DNA of 64,000 nucleotides from Anaerohalosphaeraceae bacterium (GCA_963675525.2 CAXXSL010000018.1:32001-96000); one strand, 5' to 3'; positions 27,875-40,521 are shown, counted from the first letter of the stretch. Notes: a model not told the origin generated them from the sequence alone. Program-made: numbers and translations.

Positions 27875-30800
27875 TTACCATCCCGCGGTTGGAGTATTGG
27901 CCTGCCAATTAGCTGGATCGCTACCTGATGCGGCTACCCCAGAAGAAATACGGTGCAATGCCAAACCGGTCCCATCCGGCTCGGACGGCCATGGCCAGGA
28001 ATCATTATAGATACATTCATCAACAATAATCCAGGAAACAGTTAACGGGTCCAATGGGTCATCAGAATCCTGAGGTTTCTCCAGCGTCAGTCGTTCACCA
28101 CCGTTCGAAAGGTCACCGCTCCACGGACCAAAGATATCTACGCCTGCGGTCAGGTTACCTGTACCGTAGGCCGCCTCGAACGCATCCAGCAGGCCGGTAT
28201 CTGTGGGATCAAACCCAACGACCAGGATCCGTCCATTGTTTGCTAAGGCGGGTGTTCCTGCGGGGAATTCATAATCCACCGCACCATCCAAAGCCCAACC
28301 TCGTGTGCCAGCAAGCGGCAGAACCGTCGTCAGCGGCACTGACGAACCCGTGGAATTGTAAAGTTCAACATATTCCTCTTTTGCCGTGCCTTCGGTCGGA
28401 TGATACATAAACTCATTGATAACAACATGCAGAACGGCGTTATTATTTGCACCGTTGCGTGTCGCCGGATTCATACTGAACCAATAGTTGCCGCCATCCG
28501 GATATCGTCCCAGTGAAACACTGTTTTCCTGCCCCTTGAACGGGATGCAGTCAACGACGCGGTCAACACCTGTAGTGCCGGGCAGATACGACAGGAAAAT
28601 CTCATCCCCCGCCTTATCCAGCCCCCAGCCATTCGGACCAGTCCCGTCCGGATTGAAATGGGTCACCTGGTCGTAACTGACATGGCCACCGCTTGAAAGG
28701 CTTGACACAGGCAACGCGTACTTTTTGAGATCGTCAATATCATCGCTCAAATACCAGTTGCCGTTCAGACTTACCGTCGAACCACCGGCGTTATAAAGCT
28801 CGATCCAGTCATTGGACTCATGCGGCGGTACGGGATAATCAGTATGCGCCATAAATTCATTGATGACAACACCTGCGGCAGGAGTCGGATCAGCCTCACC
28901 GGGCGAACCGCCGATATAGGTACTTTGCCGCCAGTTCCCGCCAAAGTTCAGCACTCGCAGCGGCTGGCTTGGGTCAATGGCGGCTGACAACGGCACCAGC
29001 GAATGCCCTGCGCCGTCGGCAGCGATTGGCCAGCCACGCGCATCGTTATACTCAAATTCAACAATCGTTCCGTCCCATGTATCTTCCAGTTTGAGATTTT
29101 CGCCCCCGTTAGACAGACTGCTGTCGACAAACGTTCCGGCGATCTGACTGTTCCAAGTTGTTCCGTACTGAGCCTGGAATGCCGCCTGGTCTTTGATTAC
29201 CAGGACAAAGGCACCCGGATCCAAAAACTCAACAGCGCTTCCCAGGAAGACAAATTCGACGCCGCTGGTGAACGAGGCATCTCTTAGGTCCAGCTGGGTG
29301 GTGCCGGTGTTCTGCAGCTCGATGAATTCTGCATCGCCGTTGTTATACATCACCTCCGTAATCCGCAAATGATCTCGAAGGTCGGTTCCAAGAGCCGCTC
29401 CGGCGACAAACTCGACGGGGGCTGACCAGTGACTCCAGCGGCCGGTGGTGTCTTTCATTTTGCAGCGAACCCGGTAGGTCTTGCCGGTGGTCACGCCGTC
29501 TGCCGGAATCAGGACGTCACTATTGAACGGCGTTAATTCATCGCTTTCCCAAACTGCCTGAAGCTCATATTTTTTCTTCGACAAAATAGAAACTGGAGGG
29601 GCAGATGCGCCAAGGTCAGCAGTAATGCTGACATCAATCGAGAAATCACTGCTGCCCACCGTTGCCTGCAGGGCATGAACAGCGATAACATTTGCGCCGT
29701 TAATCAGATAACTATAGGGTCCCGTTAAAGTGACGACTTCGTAAGTTCCTGTTTGCCAATCGGCTTCATGATCGCCTGTTTCCGTTGTATCGTCATAATC
29801 TTTATCTCCGGCACTGCAATACCGTCTTGCTACTTCGGTGCCGTTGATATAAATGATACAGCCGTCGTCAACATACACATGCAGTTTTAATGTTTCGATT
29901 TGAGTTGTATCTGCAACCGTAAATGTATTCCGCAGATAAACCGAAGGATAATTGTCTTCCATATCCGACAGAACCGTCAGGTCGTCGCCATCTGCAAAGC
30001 CGATACTGGCCGGACCGGACAACCAACCTCCATCGTTAAATCCGTTCAGATTCCAACTTGAAGAGGGCTCTTCGGTCCCCTTAAAGTATTTCCACGTTGC
30101 GTTCTGATCCAGCAGCGTGACGGTTTGTGCCGATCCCGAAGCGGGTTCGACCTCGGCGATTCGCCATTTCATGGCGGCAAAAGTTCCGCTGCCCTGCGGG
30201 TCGCTGAATGCGGTGGTCTGGAATTGAAGATCGTTTTCCGGGTATCCGGCTGTACCGATATAGCTGATCGTCGGGGTGTTCGGAATATTGGTACTATCGT
30301 CTTCTGCTCCCCCCAGGTTATCCAGATTATTTGACGTGCCGACCCAATAGTACCTGCCATAAAAGTCGCCGGGTGTCCAGGCAAACTGATACATCAGGGC
30401 AAGGTTGTCTTCCAGCGTTCCGTTGTCGATTGCGCCGCCGGGGGTGGGGTCCTCTTTCCAGCGGTCGCGATCGGCCGGCACAATATCCGAAATAACGGAG
30501 GCCAATTCGGCAATCATTGGGTCAATGACTTCCGGCTGCCACAGCAAATCACGAAACTCCCGGATATAGTTGCGGTATTCCTGTTTCAGCGCTGATTTCG
30601 CGGGATCGATGGAATATTGATCCAAGTCATGGTCACCTTCAAAGCCTATATCATAGATCGCACTCTTTCCGTGATTAATCCCGTAATTGAAAAAGGGGCC
30701 CCAGCTGTCATCGATATCAAACGGCATGAACTGGACCTTGCCATAATAACTGTTCTCCGCCGTATAGGGGGGAGTAAAATACCAAGCCACATTCTTCATA

Positions 30801-33211
30801 CAATGTATACAATCTGCTCCACTGAATATATCGAATGACCGTATGGATTCGATCACGGTTTGATAGCGATACCATTCCTCGCAATCCAAGTGATTGCGAA
30901 TAAAATCAACCGAAGGGTTCGAGGGGTAATAAGGGCTACTACCCCTGCGCAGATTCCAGCGGATATTTTCATAATCCGAGGCATCGTCCACGGCGTTCTC
31001 GCCCTGATAGCGCAACTGTGTCGGCCCATCATAAACTTTGTCTGCTAATTTATACACATTGCCCTTGGGCAACCCCAGTCGGTCCAGGTGGGCTCCGTCA
31101 TAATTTTCGAACGCAATATACAGACCCCAGAAATCGCCATTGTATTGTCCGTTTGATGTCGTGGGGGTTTCATCAACTCCGTCAATCACCCGGAAATGCA
31201 TCCAATAAGTGTGCGCTGCGGGAACGTCGGCAATGTCAAATAATTGCATATCGATGACTTCGTTGACGCCATAGGGATAGTGCCGCCAGTTTTCCCAGAC
31301 AATTTTATTGCCCATCATTTTACCGGTATTCAGGTGCTGCCATTTGGATGGGAATTTTTTACCGTAAATGTCACGAGCCTGCAAATAATTACTGCGATTG
31401 AAACGGAGTTTCATTGAACGTTTTCCGGCAGCACCATTATTGTATCGTCCATTGCCGCCTCGCAGACGATAGCCGATGTGGTCATAGACCTTGCCGTCAT
31501 AAACAAAGGCTCCTTCCCAGTTGTAAGCTCTCCCTGCGGCCTGTACAGTGGGGTTTGTTGTTCCCTGATCGATCTGATCGGACGAATTGTATCCGTTGCA
31601 TTGGTATAAATCCGCAGACCGCGTAATCAAGGTATAAACCGGCAGCGTCGTCAGGGTGTCACCGCTGTAAACATGTCCCGCACCTTCCGGATCCACAGAG
31701 GCATCGGTAGTAACGTAGTCAGGAACACCATCATAAACAAAGCAGGCAAAATTCAGTGAAGGATCATCGAAATACGGCACGCGAACAACATTATCGAGAT
31801 CATCTGTTGCTTCAATTCGATAACGTAATAAAGAACGATTTGTTTGTGCTGAAATCTGAGAGGTGAAAATACCATCTCCCGCAACTTCATCCACGCTGCC
31901 CGGAAAGAGCCCTCCGTCGTCCCGCATCTTTACGGTTATCCAGTTCGCGGCATTCTCAAAATCCGGGTTAAGCGGCTGATCCTGGAAGGGATTACTTATC
32001 AGGGATGAAATCGAAATCGGTAAATAAGCAGGAATGTAATCGCCCGGCGCAACAACCTGATACTTTAGATAAACTTGTTTAACACCATTAGAATCGGTAA
32101 CTTTGGCTGTGATCGTGATCGGCTCGGTACTCAGGGGTTGCTGCGGCTCATGGTTGACCTGGCGAATTTGCGGTGGGACATTAACCGCGTAAACACTGTT
32201 TATCGCTCCCGGTGTCGGCACCCCAAATGACAGTTCGGGTCGAGTGTTGGTATTGTATCCGGAACTGCGCCAACTTCCCGCAAGGTCATTATCCAGAGAA
32301 GGATTGATTAATTCCATCGAAGCACCTTCTCCATTGGCGGCGACCGGCCAGGGAAATTCACTGCTGTAATCGACCTCGTCAACTTTATTTCCATTGCCGT
32401 CACGCAGCACAAGCCGTTCGCCTTCGTTGCTAAGTTTGCCTTCAAACGGTCCGTGGCCGGTTACGCCGAATTTGCTTACGAATGCGATCGGATCCTGACA
32501 AACAACAACATAGGTCCCCGGGCTCATCGTGGGCATTGATGCGAAAGTATATCCAATAGCCCCTTCAAAGTACCAATCGTTTAAATTGACCGACATAGTC
32601 CCGGCATTATACAGTTCGATATATTCGACTTGTTCAGTATTATTGTCCGGGTGATAGTGGATTTCATTAATCACAACGTCAGGCACCGGTACAGTTACAG
32701 TATACGTGCCTGTCGTTGTCGTAGTGGCTCCGTCATTAATTTGCACGGCTTCACTGGCCGGTGTATCCCAGCCGGTAATTGAACTGTAGGAAACCGTATG
32801 AGAGCCAACGAAAATACCTGTTTGGGTGTCGCCACTGTTATGCCAGATTCCATTATCCACGCGCCACTGGGCGCCGGCCGTCCTTGCCCCTGCAGGCTCA
32901 ATCGTAACCTGCAAAGACCCTTCGGGCGTACCCGCAACAAGCCAGTTCTGAGACAGAACTGAAAAATCCCCCTGATTAACTCCATCATTTCCAACAAAAT
33001 CGGCACACTCATCTTCGTGTCCGATGCAGCCGACCGAGTCAAGCCATTGATCTGCAAAAATGACCAAGTCCTCAAATCCGACCGCACAGTCACCGCTTAA
33101 ATCTCCCTGCGGACATGCTCCTCCTGCGTTTATCGAGAGGGTAAGAGTTGATAATAATAAAACAATTGTGCATAAGAGTGCCTTTGATTTATTCCTCACC
33201 ATAATGATCAT
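27875..33211 (-). CDS. Large secreted CotH-kinase-family protein with lamin-tail domains and an N-terminal dockerin-like motif
   Basis: [16 protein letters not shown]; repeated VVINE(I/F)xY...E(Y/F/W)(I/V)EL(Y/Q)N LTD units; [32 protein letters not shown]. Confidence 0.8.
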   Translation of the reverse strand: MIIMVRNKSKALLCTIVLLLSTLTLSINAGGACPQGDLSGDCAVGFEDLVIFADQWLDSVGCIGHEDECADFVGNDGVNQGDFSVLSQNWLVAGTPEGSLQVTIEPAGARTAGAQWRVDNGIWHNSGDTQTGIFVGSHTVSYSSITGWDTPASEAVQINDGATTTTTGTYTVTVPVPDVVINEIHYHPDNNTEQVEYIELYNAGTMSVNLNDWYFEGAIGYTFASMPTMSPGTYVVVCQDPIAFVSKFGVTGHGPFEGKLSNEGERLVLRDGNGNKVDEVDYSSEFPWPVAANGEGASMELINPSLDNDLAGSWRSSGYNTNTRPELSFGVPTPGAINSVYAVNVPPQIRQVNHEPQQPLSTEPITITAKVTDSNGVKQVYLKYQVVAPGDYIPAYLPISISSLISNPFQDQPLNPDFENAANWITVKMRDDGGLFPGSVDEVAGDGIFTSQISAQTNRSLLRYRIEATDDLDNVVRVPYFDDPSLNFACFVYDGVPDYVTTDASVDPEGAGHVYSGDTLTTLPVYTLITRSADLYQCNGYNSSDQIDQGTTNPTVQAAGRAYNWEGAFVYDGKVYDHIGYRLRGGNGRYNNGAAGKRSMKLRFNRSNYLQARDIYGKKFPSKWQHLNTGKMMGNKIVWENWRHYPYGVNEVIDMQLFDIADVPAAHTYWMHFRVIDGVDETPTTSNGQYNGDFWGLYIAFENYDGAHLDRLGLPKGNVYKLADKVYDGPTQLRYQGENAVDDASDYENIRWNLRRGSSPYYPSNPSVDFIRNHLDCEEWYRYQTVIESIRSFDIFSGADCIHCMKNVAWYFTPPYTAENSYYGKVQFMPFDIDDSWGPFFNYGINHGKSAIYDIGFEGDHDLDQYSIDPAKSALKQEYRNYIREFRDLLWQPEVIDPMIAELASVISDIVPADRDRWKEDPTPGGAIDNGTLEDNLALMYQFAWTPGDFYGRYYWVGTSNNLDNLGGAEDDSTNIPNTPTISYIGTAGYPENDLQFQTTAFSDPQGSGTFAAMKWRIAEVEPASGSAQTVTLLDQNATWKYFKGTEEPSSSWNLNGFNDGGWLSGPASIGFADGDDLTVLSDMEDNYPSVYLRNTFTVADTTQIETLKLHVYVDDGCIIYINGTEVARRYCSAGDKDYDDTTETGDHEADWQTGTYEVVTLTGPYSYLINGANVIAVHALQATVGSSDFSIDVSITADLGASAPPVSILSKKKYELQAVWESDELTPFNSDVLIPADGVTTGKTYRVRCKMKDTTGRWSHWSAPVEFVAGAALGTDLRDHLRITEVMYNNGDAEFIELQNTGTTQLDLRDASFTSGVEFVFLGSAVEFLDPGAFVLVIKDQAAFQAQYGTTWNSQIAGTFVDSSLSNGGENLKLEDTWDGTIVEFEYNDARGWPIAADGAGHSLVPLSAAIDPSQPLRVLNFGGNWRQSTYIGGSPGEADPTPAAGVVINEFMAHTDYPVPPHESNDWIELYNAGGSTVSLNGNWYLSDDIDDLKKYALPVSSLSSGGHVSYDQVTHFNPDGTGPNGWGLDKAGDEIFLSYLPGTTGVDRVVDCIPFKGQENSVSLGRYPDGGNYWFSMNPATRNGANNNAVLHVVINEFMYHPTEGTAKEEYVELYNSTGSSVPLTTVLPLAGTRGWALDGAVDYEFPAGTPALANNGRILVVGFDPTDTGLLDAFEAAYGTGNLTAGVDIFGPWSGDLSNGGERLTLEKPQDSDDPLDPLTVSWIIVDECIYNDSWPWPSEPDGTGLALHRISSGVAASGSDPANWQANTPTAGW

Positions 33212-33414
33212 ACCCTAACAATGATTTAGTATTGCCTATTAATGATCTTTGAATCTCATGAACTTTTAATTCACTCCAGACAAACCTTTTTTTTGAAGTC
33301 AGAAATTTGTTTTTATTCTGAATCTTCGACATCCAATAACGAGTAGACGAAAACACGGATTATTACTTTTAAATTGCTAAAAAGTAATAATACTTTTTTT
33401 CTTAAAATAGCTGT

Positions 33415-36400
33415 TTACTGTGCCAGCAGAGCATCCAAAACTTCCTGGGTCACTTTGAAGACGGTGCCGTGCCGAGTCCCGCTGGGGAAAGATATTTCAC
33501 TCCTTCTATCCGTCCAGCTTGCCAAATCGGTCGATGACTGGCCTCCCATATAGCTGGAGGTATAAGCATCATAATAGAGAACCCATTCCTGCCCGACCTT
33601 GACCATCGAAGGCCCTTCCACCCACAGACCGCCCGGTGTAATCGAAGCGGAGGGTGGTACGTCGTAGGGACCTGCAACATTATCACTGAATGTAATACGA
33701 ATATTCTTACCGGAATTCCTTTCATCCTTCAGAACCATTGCATAGCGATCACCATCTTTGGCAATGAAGCCGTCAATACAACTCCAGCCGGGATCATAGA
33801 ACAGAGCCGTATCCGTATAGGTCACAAAATCCTCTGTCGAGATATAATAGATACGGTGACCGTCGATCCCACTTCCAATCAATGTCGATGACCAGAATAT
33901 AAGATATTTTCCGGTCGCCTCATCATAAAAGATCTCCGGTGCCCAACAATTATCAACATTCGGCAGATCAGATGGTAAATAGGTTTGTGTTGACCAGTCG
34001 ATCAGGTCCGATGAATGGGCAATTCCGATGCCGTCATCATTCCAGCCTGTCGTCCAGACCATGTGGAATATTCCGTCAGGTCCCTGGCAGATACTGGGAT
34101 CCCGCATCAGATTGCTGCCGATCGTCGGGGTCACAAACGTGGTATTATTCTTCAGCGCCGCAAAGGTCAGCCCGTCATTGCTGTAAGCCAAATGCAGGCC
34201 GTCACCATTGCCCTGGAAGAAACTATATAAATACTCCGTCTTATGGGGCTGAGTTGTCTTGACCGTCACCACGCCAGCCGAATACCCCGGCATGATAAAC
34301 CGAAGCACCTGATTGTCCAGCCCGATGACTTTGGCCTTAACCGCAACGGCTGACGGATTGGCGAGCGTGTTTCGGGCATATAGATCGCCCGGCGCCACAT
34401 AATGCATATAGGCACTTTCCGCTACGAACGAACTGTCAATCTCAAACGCAACGGATTTATCGCCTGCGTCCGGATTGACCACGTGAATATACAGTGTCTG
34501 TTCATCTTCTGAAAGCACCGAGGATACATTCATGTCTGTATCAGTACCGGTCGTTTCCACGCGGTTTGGAGCATAATGGTCCCACCACAGCTTCATCACG
34601 ACATAATTCGGCGCCGCAAACCAGCCTGTATGGTCAAAATTGATAAACGCATTATCCCAGCCACTGGCCGATTGGTGGCGCAAAAATAGAGCCGGGCCAC
34701 CGATCTTGAATACATCTCCCTGCCGTTCATAGGTATTCAATATCCCGCCGGCAAACAGCCCCGTACGCCAGTCGGTACTTTGCGCGTTCCATTCCGAATT
34801 ATAAATCTTCATATCCGGGTTGGCGGAGGTTGCGATATAGTTGGCAAGATTAATGATGTAATTTTCATAGTTTGCGGGACCGGATTTGAAATTGTCTGGA
34901 CCTTCGTAATAGTGAACACTGATGTAATCAATATTTGCCGCGCAGCTATCAATGATGTCGTGATTCCAGTTTTGGTCATATCCACCGCTGCCGACGGCGC
35001 TGATCTGAATCGGAACACCAAGTTCTACCGCCTTGGCCTGCATTGCCGGAGCAAACGCCTGCACCGCAGCGATATAAGCCGCGGAACCGGCATCCCAGGT
35101 TTCGTTATCGATTTCCCAGAACTCAACATTATACGGAGCCGGATGGCCGTTGGCGGCACGAACCGCACCCCATGTGGTCGTAACCGCGTCTCCGTTACAG
35201 TACTCCATCCAGTCCAGAGCGTCCTGTATATAGTTCGCCTGAGTGTCGGGCGACAGTTTCCACTGTGCGGGAGCACCGCAGGCACTGTTAAGGATGCCTG
35301 TATTGATGCAAATCAGAGGTTCTGCACCAATATCCTCGCACATCTGGAGAAACTCATCGGTTCCGTAGGAATTCGTATCCTGATCGTCCCACATATAAGC
35401 GGAATATCGACGACGTGTATGTTGAGGACCAATGCCGTCTTTCCACAAATACAGCGAAGCAAAACAACCACCCGGCCAGCGAATGATCGGGGGGCGCAAC
35501 TCTTCGACTGCTTCCAGCAGGTCCGGGCGATAGCCGCCTGTGTCAATAGAATCCTGCCCCATCATACTGACCTGATCAATATTCACTGTACCCGCGCCGA
35601 GCAGCGTAATACGCAGACTGCCGTTGTTAGTGGCAACAGAGGGCGTAATTTGGAACGGATATTCCGCCCAGCTCGCTGTCGGAGCCGACAGGGTTGACTG
35701 CCCCAGAACTGTCGTCCCGTCGAGAAATTCAACCTTAACACCGGCCGGCAGTGTTCCCTTCATCCACACAGAACCGTGATAGGCCTGCTGAGTAAATTTA
35801 AAGTCATCCTGCTGCAGTCCCGTTGCACTGCCGTCTCCGATAATCTGAACACCAAGGTCATCGTTCAGAGCATCCGCAACAATCGATGCATTGCCTGTCC
35901 CGAAAACGGTCCAGAAATCTGCGCCAAACGAAGAAGCCGGCAGAGTGGGCAATCCGCTGAACAGCACCGTCGAGCCTGGAATCTCCGTAACCTGAATATT
36001 GCGATATCGCGCCTGCGTCTCCCAGGTACCCAGTCCAACCATGCCTGTCAAGTGGGGACTGTTCGTATCGGTAAAATCGATAATGGGACTGGGATTGCTT
36101 CCTTCATCCAGCCAAACCTGAATATGATTGCCTTCGCAGCGAACACGAATATCATACCACTGGCCGGTGGTGATACTGCCGGAAACAGTTGAACTGACGG
36201 TACTTCGGGTACCGTTGACTTCTTTTTCAATGGCATGCTGGGTGTTCCCCCAGCCGCCGATGTTGCACCAATAGAAATTATCGCTGTCCGGCGCTCGAAA
36301 CAGAATCAAAAAGGCTTCGTTACCGCCGTCTTTTCGAGCCTCGAGCGTCATTTCATAGTCGCCCCAGCCCGTGTCGCCGAATTCCATGTGAACATCCGTT

Positions 36401-37917
36401 GCCAAACTGGACTGAACAAGGTCACTTCCGTCTATCGACCAAATACCGCCTCCGCTGCCGCTCAATTCAAAACTGCGGTTCCAGACCATCTCCCCCCAAA
36501 GACCACCATTAGCGGAATGGTAAATATGTTCCAGAAAATGACCGTAGACTTTTTCATCAATCGTATTAACAATGTTGGTTGTATCGACAAAGAACGGCTG
36601 GCTGGATTCCTGAATAGAGCGGTTATACAGATTTTCGTCGTAGGCCAATGTGTTTACCAGCCAATCGACGGCAACTTCCTGGATATTAAGCGGAGTCTCC
36701 GTCACAAGCCATAAACTGCCAAACCGCGCAAAATCTTCAAGGTTAACCACACAGTCAAAATTATAATCCGCTTCCAGATAGCCCCAGATACCGCAGGCAT
36801 CTTCCTCGATATAGACCTTAACGTCACGAACCGCGATCCCGTTGTAATTCAGATCGTTGCTTTGTACAGCATGCTGGATCGTTTCGATCTCATTAAGGAC
36901 AACTCCGGCATCGGCGATCGAAACAGTAATCGTCCGGGGCTGGTCCCAATTTTGATCAGTAAAGGTTAATATATGATCAATTCCTGAACCGCTACCGACA
37001 CTCAATCCCTCCGGAGGTGTGATAGTAACTGTCACATCGTCAAGAGGCGCTTGTGCTAATACAATATCGTAGTCATCCGTATAAACCGTATCACCGTCAA
37101 AAAGCAGGGTTTTGCCTTCCGTCTCAGTAATTGTCACAGGAGTATAGCCGAGGAATTCATTCGGTGCCAATACGGTATCACTGAAACGTACATTATCAAA
37201 ATAGCCGTTAATATGATCAACAAAGCTGCCGTTATACCAGCCGCGGCCGAATGTCCAATTGACGCCGGAAGCGGCCAAGGCATTCTCAGCGGGTGTTTGG
37301 AATGAAATGTCAAGTGATCCGACGATCTGATAGCCGTTACCGTCCAGTTTATCACAATACATCGTCAGGGTCACCCCGTCACTTATCAGTGCCAGGTGAT
37401 ACCATTGAGCGGATTGGACAGCAAAGTCAGCATCTAATGTCCAGCGCTGTCCGGTTACGGTTTCATAATTGATACGAAATGCCCCGTCGACATTGTTCCT
37501 TTGCAGATAAAAGTCCGATTCTGAATCGCCGTTACTCGATCCATCACGACCAATGAGGGTTTCCCAACCGGAAACATCGTCCAATCTGACTGAAATTTCT
37601 ATCGTCCAGACCTCTGGGGACCAGGCATTAATGGTTGCATTGGTCGTATAGCCGTCCTGAGAACCATTGCAATAGCCGCTTAGACCGCTGCCGGCGGGTG
37701 TCTGGTCGGAAAATGAAGGACCGTATGTTGAGTCATAGCCTCGCATAATATACCCGTTTGCAATATCTTCGGAGCCGCTGCTCGGCATACTTGAAAACGG
37801 AATTCCATTTGTGCCGTCTTCAAAGTCCCAATGAGCAATCGTTGCAGCCGATAACGACGAGACAAACAGACAGATTACGAAGAACAAAACAACGTTGAAA
37901 TACGAGGCAGATTTCAT
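33415..37917 (-). CDS. Multimodular secreted alpha-L-arabinofuranosidase: LamG + dockerin-like + GH51 + C-terminal GH43 (GH43_18-like)
   Basis: GH51: YGHFLEHI, RWPGGCF, GTDEFL, WEIDNE, SVHYY, SEWN. GH43: GLHLAYS, MRDPSI, CWAPEIFYD, EGPS, RHGTV. Confidence 0.85.
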   Translation of the reverse strand: MKSASYFNVVLFFVICLFVSSLSAATIAHWDFEDGTNGIPFSSMPSSGSEDIANGYIMRGYDSTYGPSFSDQTPAGSGLSGYCNGSQDGYTTNATINAWSPEVWTIEISVRLDDVSGWETLIGRDGSSNGDSESDFYLQRNNVDGAFRINYETVTGQRWTLDADFAVQSAQWYHLALISDGVTLTMYCDKLDGNGYQIVGSLDISFQTPAENALAASGVNWTFGRGWYNGSFVDHINGYFDNVRFSDTVLAPNEFLGYTPVTITETEGKTLLFDGDTVYTDDYDIVLAQAPLDDVTVTITPPEGLSVGSGSGIDHILTFTDQNWDQPRTITVSIADAGVVLNEIETIQHAVQSNDLNYNGIAVRDVKVYIEEDACGIWGYLEADYNFDCVVNLEDFARFGSLWLVTETPLNIQEVAVDWLVNTLAYDENLYNRSIQESSQPFFVDTTNIVNTIDEKVYGHFLEHIYHSANGGLWGEMVWNRSFELSGSGGGIWSIDGSDLVQSSLATDVHMEFGDTGWGDYEMTLEARKDGGNEAFLILFRAPDSDNFYWCNIGGWGNTQHAIEKEVNGTRSTVSSTVSGSITTGQWYDIRVRCEGNHIQVWLDEGSNPSPIIDFTDTNSPHLTGMVGLGTWETQARYRNIQVTEIPGSTVLFSGLPTLPASSFGADFWTVFGTGNASIVADALNDDLGVQIIGDGSATGLQQDDFKFTQQAYHGSVWMKGTLPAGVKVEFLDGTTVLGQSTLSAPTASWAEYPFQITPSVATNNGSLRITLLGAGTVNIDQVSMMGQDSIDTGGYRPDLLEAVEELRPPIIRWPGGCFASLYLWKDGIGPQHTRRRYSAYMWDDQDTNSYGTDEFLQMCEDIGAEPLICINTGILNSACGAPAQWKLSPDTQANYIQDALDWMEYCNGDAVTTTWGAVRAANGHPAPYNVEFWEIDNETWDAGSAAYIAAVQAFAPAMQAKAVELGVPIQISAVGSGGYDQNWNHDIIDSCAANIDYISVHYYEGPDNFKSGPANYENYIINLANYIATSANPDMKIYNSEWNAQSTDWRTGLFAGGILNTYERQGDVFKIGGPALFLRHQSASGWDNAFINFDHTGWFAAPNYVVMKLWWDHYAPNRVETTGTDTDMNVSSVLSEDEQTLYIHVVNPDAGDKSVAFEIDSSFVAESAYMHYVAPGDLYARNTLANPSAVAVKAKVIGLDNQVLRFIMPGYSAGVVTVKTTQPHKTEYLYSFFQGNGDGLHLAYSNDGLTFAALKNNTTFVTPTIGSNLMRDPSICQGPDGIFHMVWTTGWNDDGIGIAHSSDLIDWSTQTYLPSDLPNVDNCWAPEIFYDEATGKYLIFWSSTLIGSGIDGHRIYYISTEDFVTYTDTALFYDPGWSCIDGFIAKDGDRYAMVLKDERNSGKNIRITFSDNVAGPYDVPPSASITPGGLWVEGPSMVKVGQEWVLYYDAYTSSYMGGQSSTDLASWTDRRSEISFPSGTRHGTVFKVTQEVLDALLAQ

Positions 37918-37962
37918 TAGAACCCCCTAAACATAGTTTTTATTGACAAAGTCATCAAACAA

Positions 37963-37996
37963 TCCACTCCGGCATGGCATGCCATGCCGGAGTGGA
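37963..37996. repeat. Perfect 34-bp palindrome in the intergenic region
   Basis: tccactccggcatggca|tgccatgccggagtgga is its own reverse complement. Confidence 0.9.
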
Positions 37997-38033
37997 CGAA
38001 AATTCAAACATTACTTGCAATATAACCCTATTC

Positions 38034-40470
38034 TTACCAAGTACAGGAGGAAGTCGGGATACGCTGGCATTCCAGCCATTCCGATGCCACCAAGGCAAAA
38101 TCAGGCAGATTTACGCGACAATCGTTGTTCAAATCAAAGGCAGCAAGCTCACTGTCATCCGCATTCACGCAAACCCATGTATTGGCCACGGTATCAGTAT
38201 ACATCGTTGCGATCTCTGTGGATGTCAGCGGATAACTGTACATCCGGACTTCACTGATAGCAGCATCAACCGCATTACCAGTTCCACCTGCATCATCGCC
38301 GCCGATCTGAACCGGTCTGGCCGGAAGCGGAGCTGTCGACAAATCTCTTACGCTGGTCGAATCTCCAGTATCCTGATCACCATCGGTATATACCCGAATC
38401 GTTGTATCCGTCGGATCATAGGTGACCGTCAGCATGTGCCACTGGCCATCTTTGATGTCAGGGGTACTGTCACCATATGTTCCCTCCCACGGGCTTTCGA
38501 TAATGAATGTTAAAGTACGGATTCGCATCTGCACCATACAACCAGCCGGCTTGGCCAATATCAAACTTCGACATCGGCAGTTTCCAGCCGGAATCTCCAT
38601 AATACTTAAACCAGAGACTGAATGTAAAGCCGTCTTCGTAGAAGTTAAAGAATTCAGGTTCAGGCAATTCCATGAATTCACCATCATTAAAAAACCGCAT
38701 CCCATTGCCGGCCGGACCATTCGGATCCGGAGCGGTAACATAGTTCGGATCGCCATTATTCATATATCCGTCATGGGTAACAGCCCCGGTAACTTCGGTA
38801 GCAACCGAGTCAAGCATATCGCCATTCAATTTCCAATACCCTACTAAACGCGGCATGACTAACCATGCTTCGCGAGAAGGATCAGAGGATGTTCCGCCTG
38901 CATCCGGATCGCCATTGTAAGCGATGCAATAAAACGCAGCTTCATCAGCAAGTGTTGCGCCTGTGATGGTCAATGTTACCGTTTGCGTGCCGGAATAAAT
39001 ACCTCCGTCACTCAATTGAGTATCCGGATCGCCAACCTTAAACCACCGGTAATCAGTCGCCGTAGAAGATGCTGTTACGCTAAAGGATGCGTTTCCGCTG
39101 CCATCAGCGACAGCAGGTCTCGGTTGCGTAAGGAATGTGGGTGTAGCGGCTACCGTGTAGAATGACCAGACAGGCCCAAAAATGTTATTGGGGTCACTGG
39201 CAACACGAGGATTGCCTGTCCCGTCATCGAGGCCTTCTACGACCTGCCATTGATAAAAACTGCCGTCATCAAGCGTCAACGGTCCGTACGCAACATTCGG
39301 GTCGGTCAGATTCGGGTTTGCGTTATGCACCTGATCTACATAACCATCCAGCGTTAAGTTAGGATCCTCACCACTGATCGAGACATAGACATAATGTCTC
39401 AAAATGGCTGGATTAACCGGATACTGGGTCTCGGTGTTCGGATCCTTGCCCGCTTTGAAATTAAGCGTCACTTCGGCATCATAATTCGGAGCCGTACCCA
39501 CCAGTGTACCCACGGTACCGTCGGCTTCATTGACCGGTTGGGGATCCGGACCGTAAGCAGCAAGCCCTCCAGGACCGATTTCCATAAGCAAATGATCCCG
39601 GTGCCAGAGGCTCATCAGAAATCGCCACCAAATCAATCCTGCCCGGCGAAACGAAGCGGTCCCCTGTCCCGTTATTGTATGTACCACATGCTACCGTCCA
39701 TGAGCCGCCGTTTATGGCAAATGTGGCGGAATCGTAAGCGTCAACAATGATCGAGGAATCCGAACTGGTGGACAAATCTGCAGTGGCAACGATGTCCCAA
39801 GTCCTCACTGGCATCAAGATCTCTCAGATAGAGATTCAGTGTCGTACCGTCACTGACGGCAGCCGCATGATTACCATGTACCGGCAACAAGTGGTGAAGT
39901 CGTAGAACGCGCATCATGATAGGCACCGGTAACATCGATATACTCACAGTTTATGTTTGCACCTGAACGTTCAGCCAGATACAACGCTGCGATACTTTGA
40001 TTGCTCGCACCGGGGAGCTGATATCCAATACGCCCTACCATGGTGCGGTTTGTTCCGGCGGTTGCCTGGAAAACGCACTCAATCGTCCACTCATGCGGGC
40101 TCCAGGCATCGAGGTCAACGCCGGCAGGCTGACTGCCTACAGAATCCGTACGCGAATCCGGCCAATCGTTCGTAGCCTCCATAGCGAAATCGCCATCATA
40201 ACTTATGGCGGTCCACTTCATCCACGAACTGGTCCAGGCACTCAGGTGATTACCGTTACCGGATAAATCCTTCGAACTGATCACAAAATCCTCCGGACCG
40301 AATCCGGCAGGGGGCACATCCGTAGCTTCACGTGAGGCATTGCCCGGCATAAAAGCCTGGTCAGCAGCGCCCGCGTCAGCCATATCCCAGTAGGCAATCG
40401 TCGCTGCCGATACCGGCAGTGATAACGTCAGCACTACTGTTATCATTATTAGAATATTTATTTTTCTCAT
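38034..40470 (-). pseudogene. Secreted LamG-Ig-LamG protein with C-terminal dockerin-like motif, interrupted by four +1 frameshifts (about 810 aa if repaired)
   Basis: Five overlapping ORF pieces join into one reading frame after removing single bases near 39871, 39799, 39591 and 38519; 2437-4 = 2433 nt = 811 codons. Confidence 0.8.
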
Positions 40471-40521
40471 AATTAAACTCTCCCAGTAAGGTTAGTTTAT
40501 TTTTTTTTATCCAAACGACGG

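Noticed and set aside
34780..35697. 305-aa plus-strand ORF
   Set aside because: Antisense to the GH51 catalytic domain; no family features
38940..38975. TGAT peptide in LTITGATLADE as an ApbE flavinylation site
   Set aside because: Context is the Ig-domain L-x-I...D-E-x-x-Y-x-C pattern, without the upstream Asp of FMN-binding motifs
38470..39900. Programmed frameshifting or a diversity-generating retroelement as the cause of the fragmented LamG gene
   Set aside because: No slippery heptamers, reverse transcriptase or template/variable repeat pair seen
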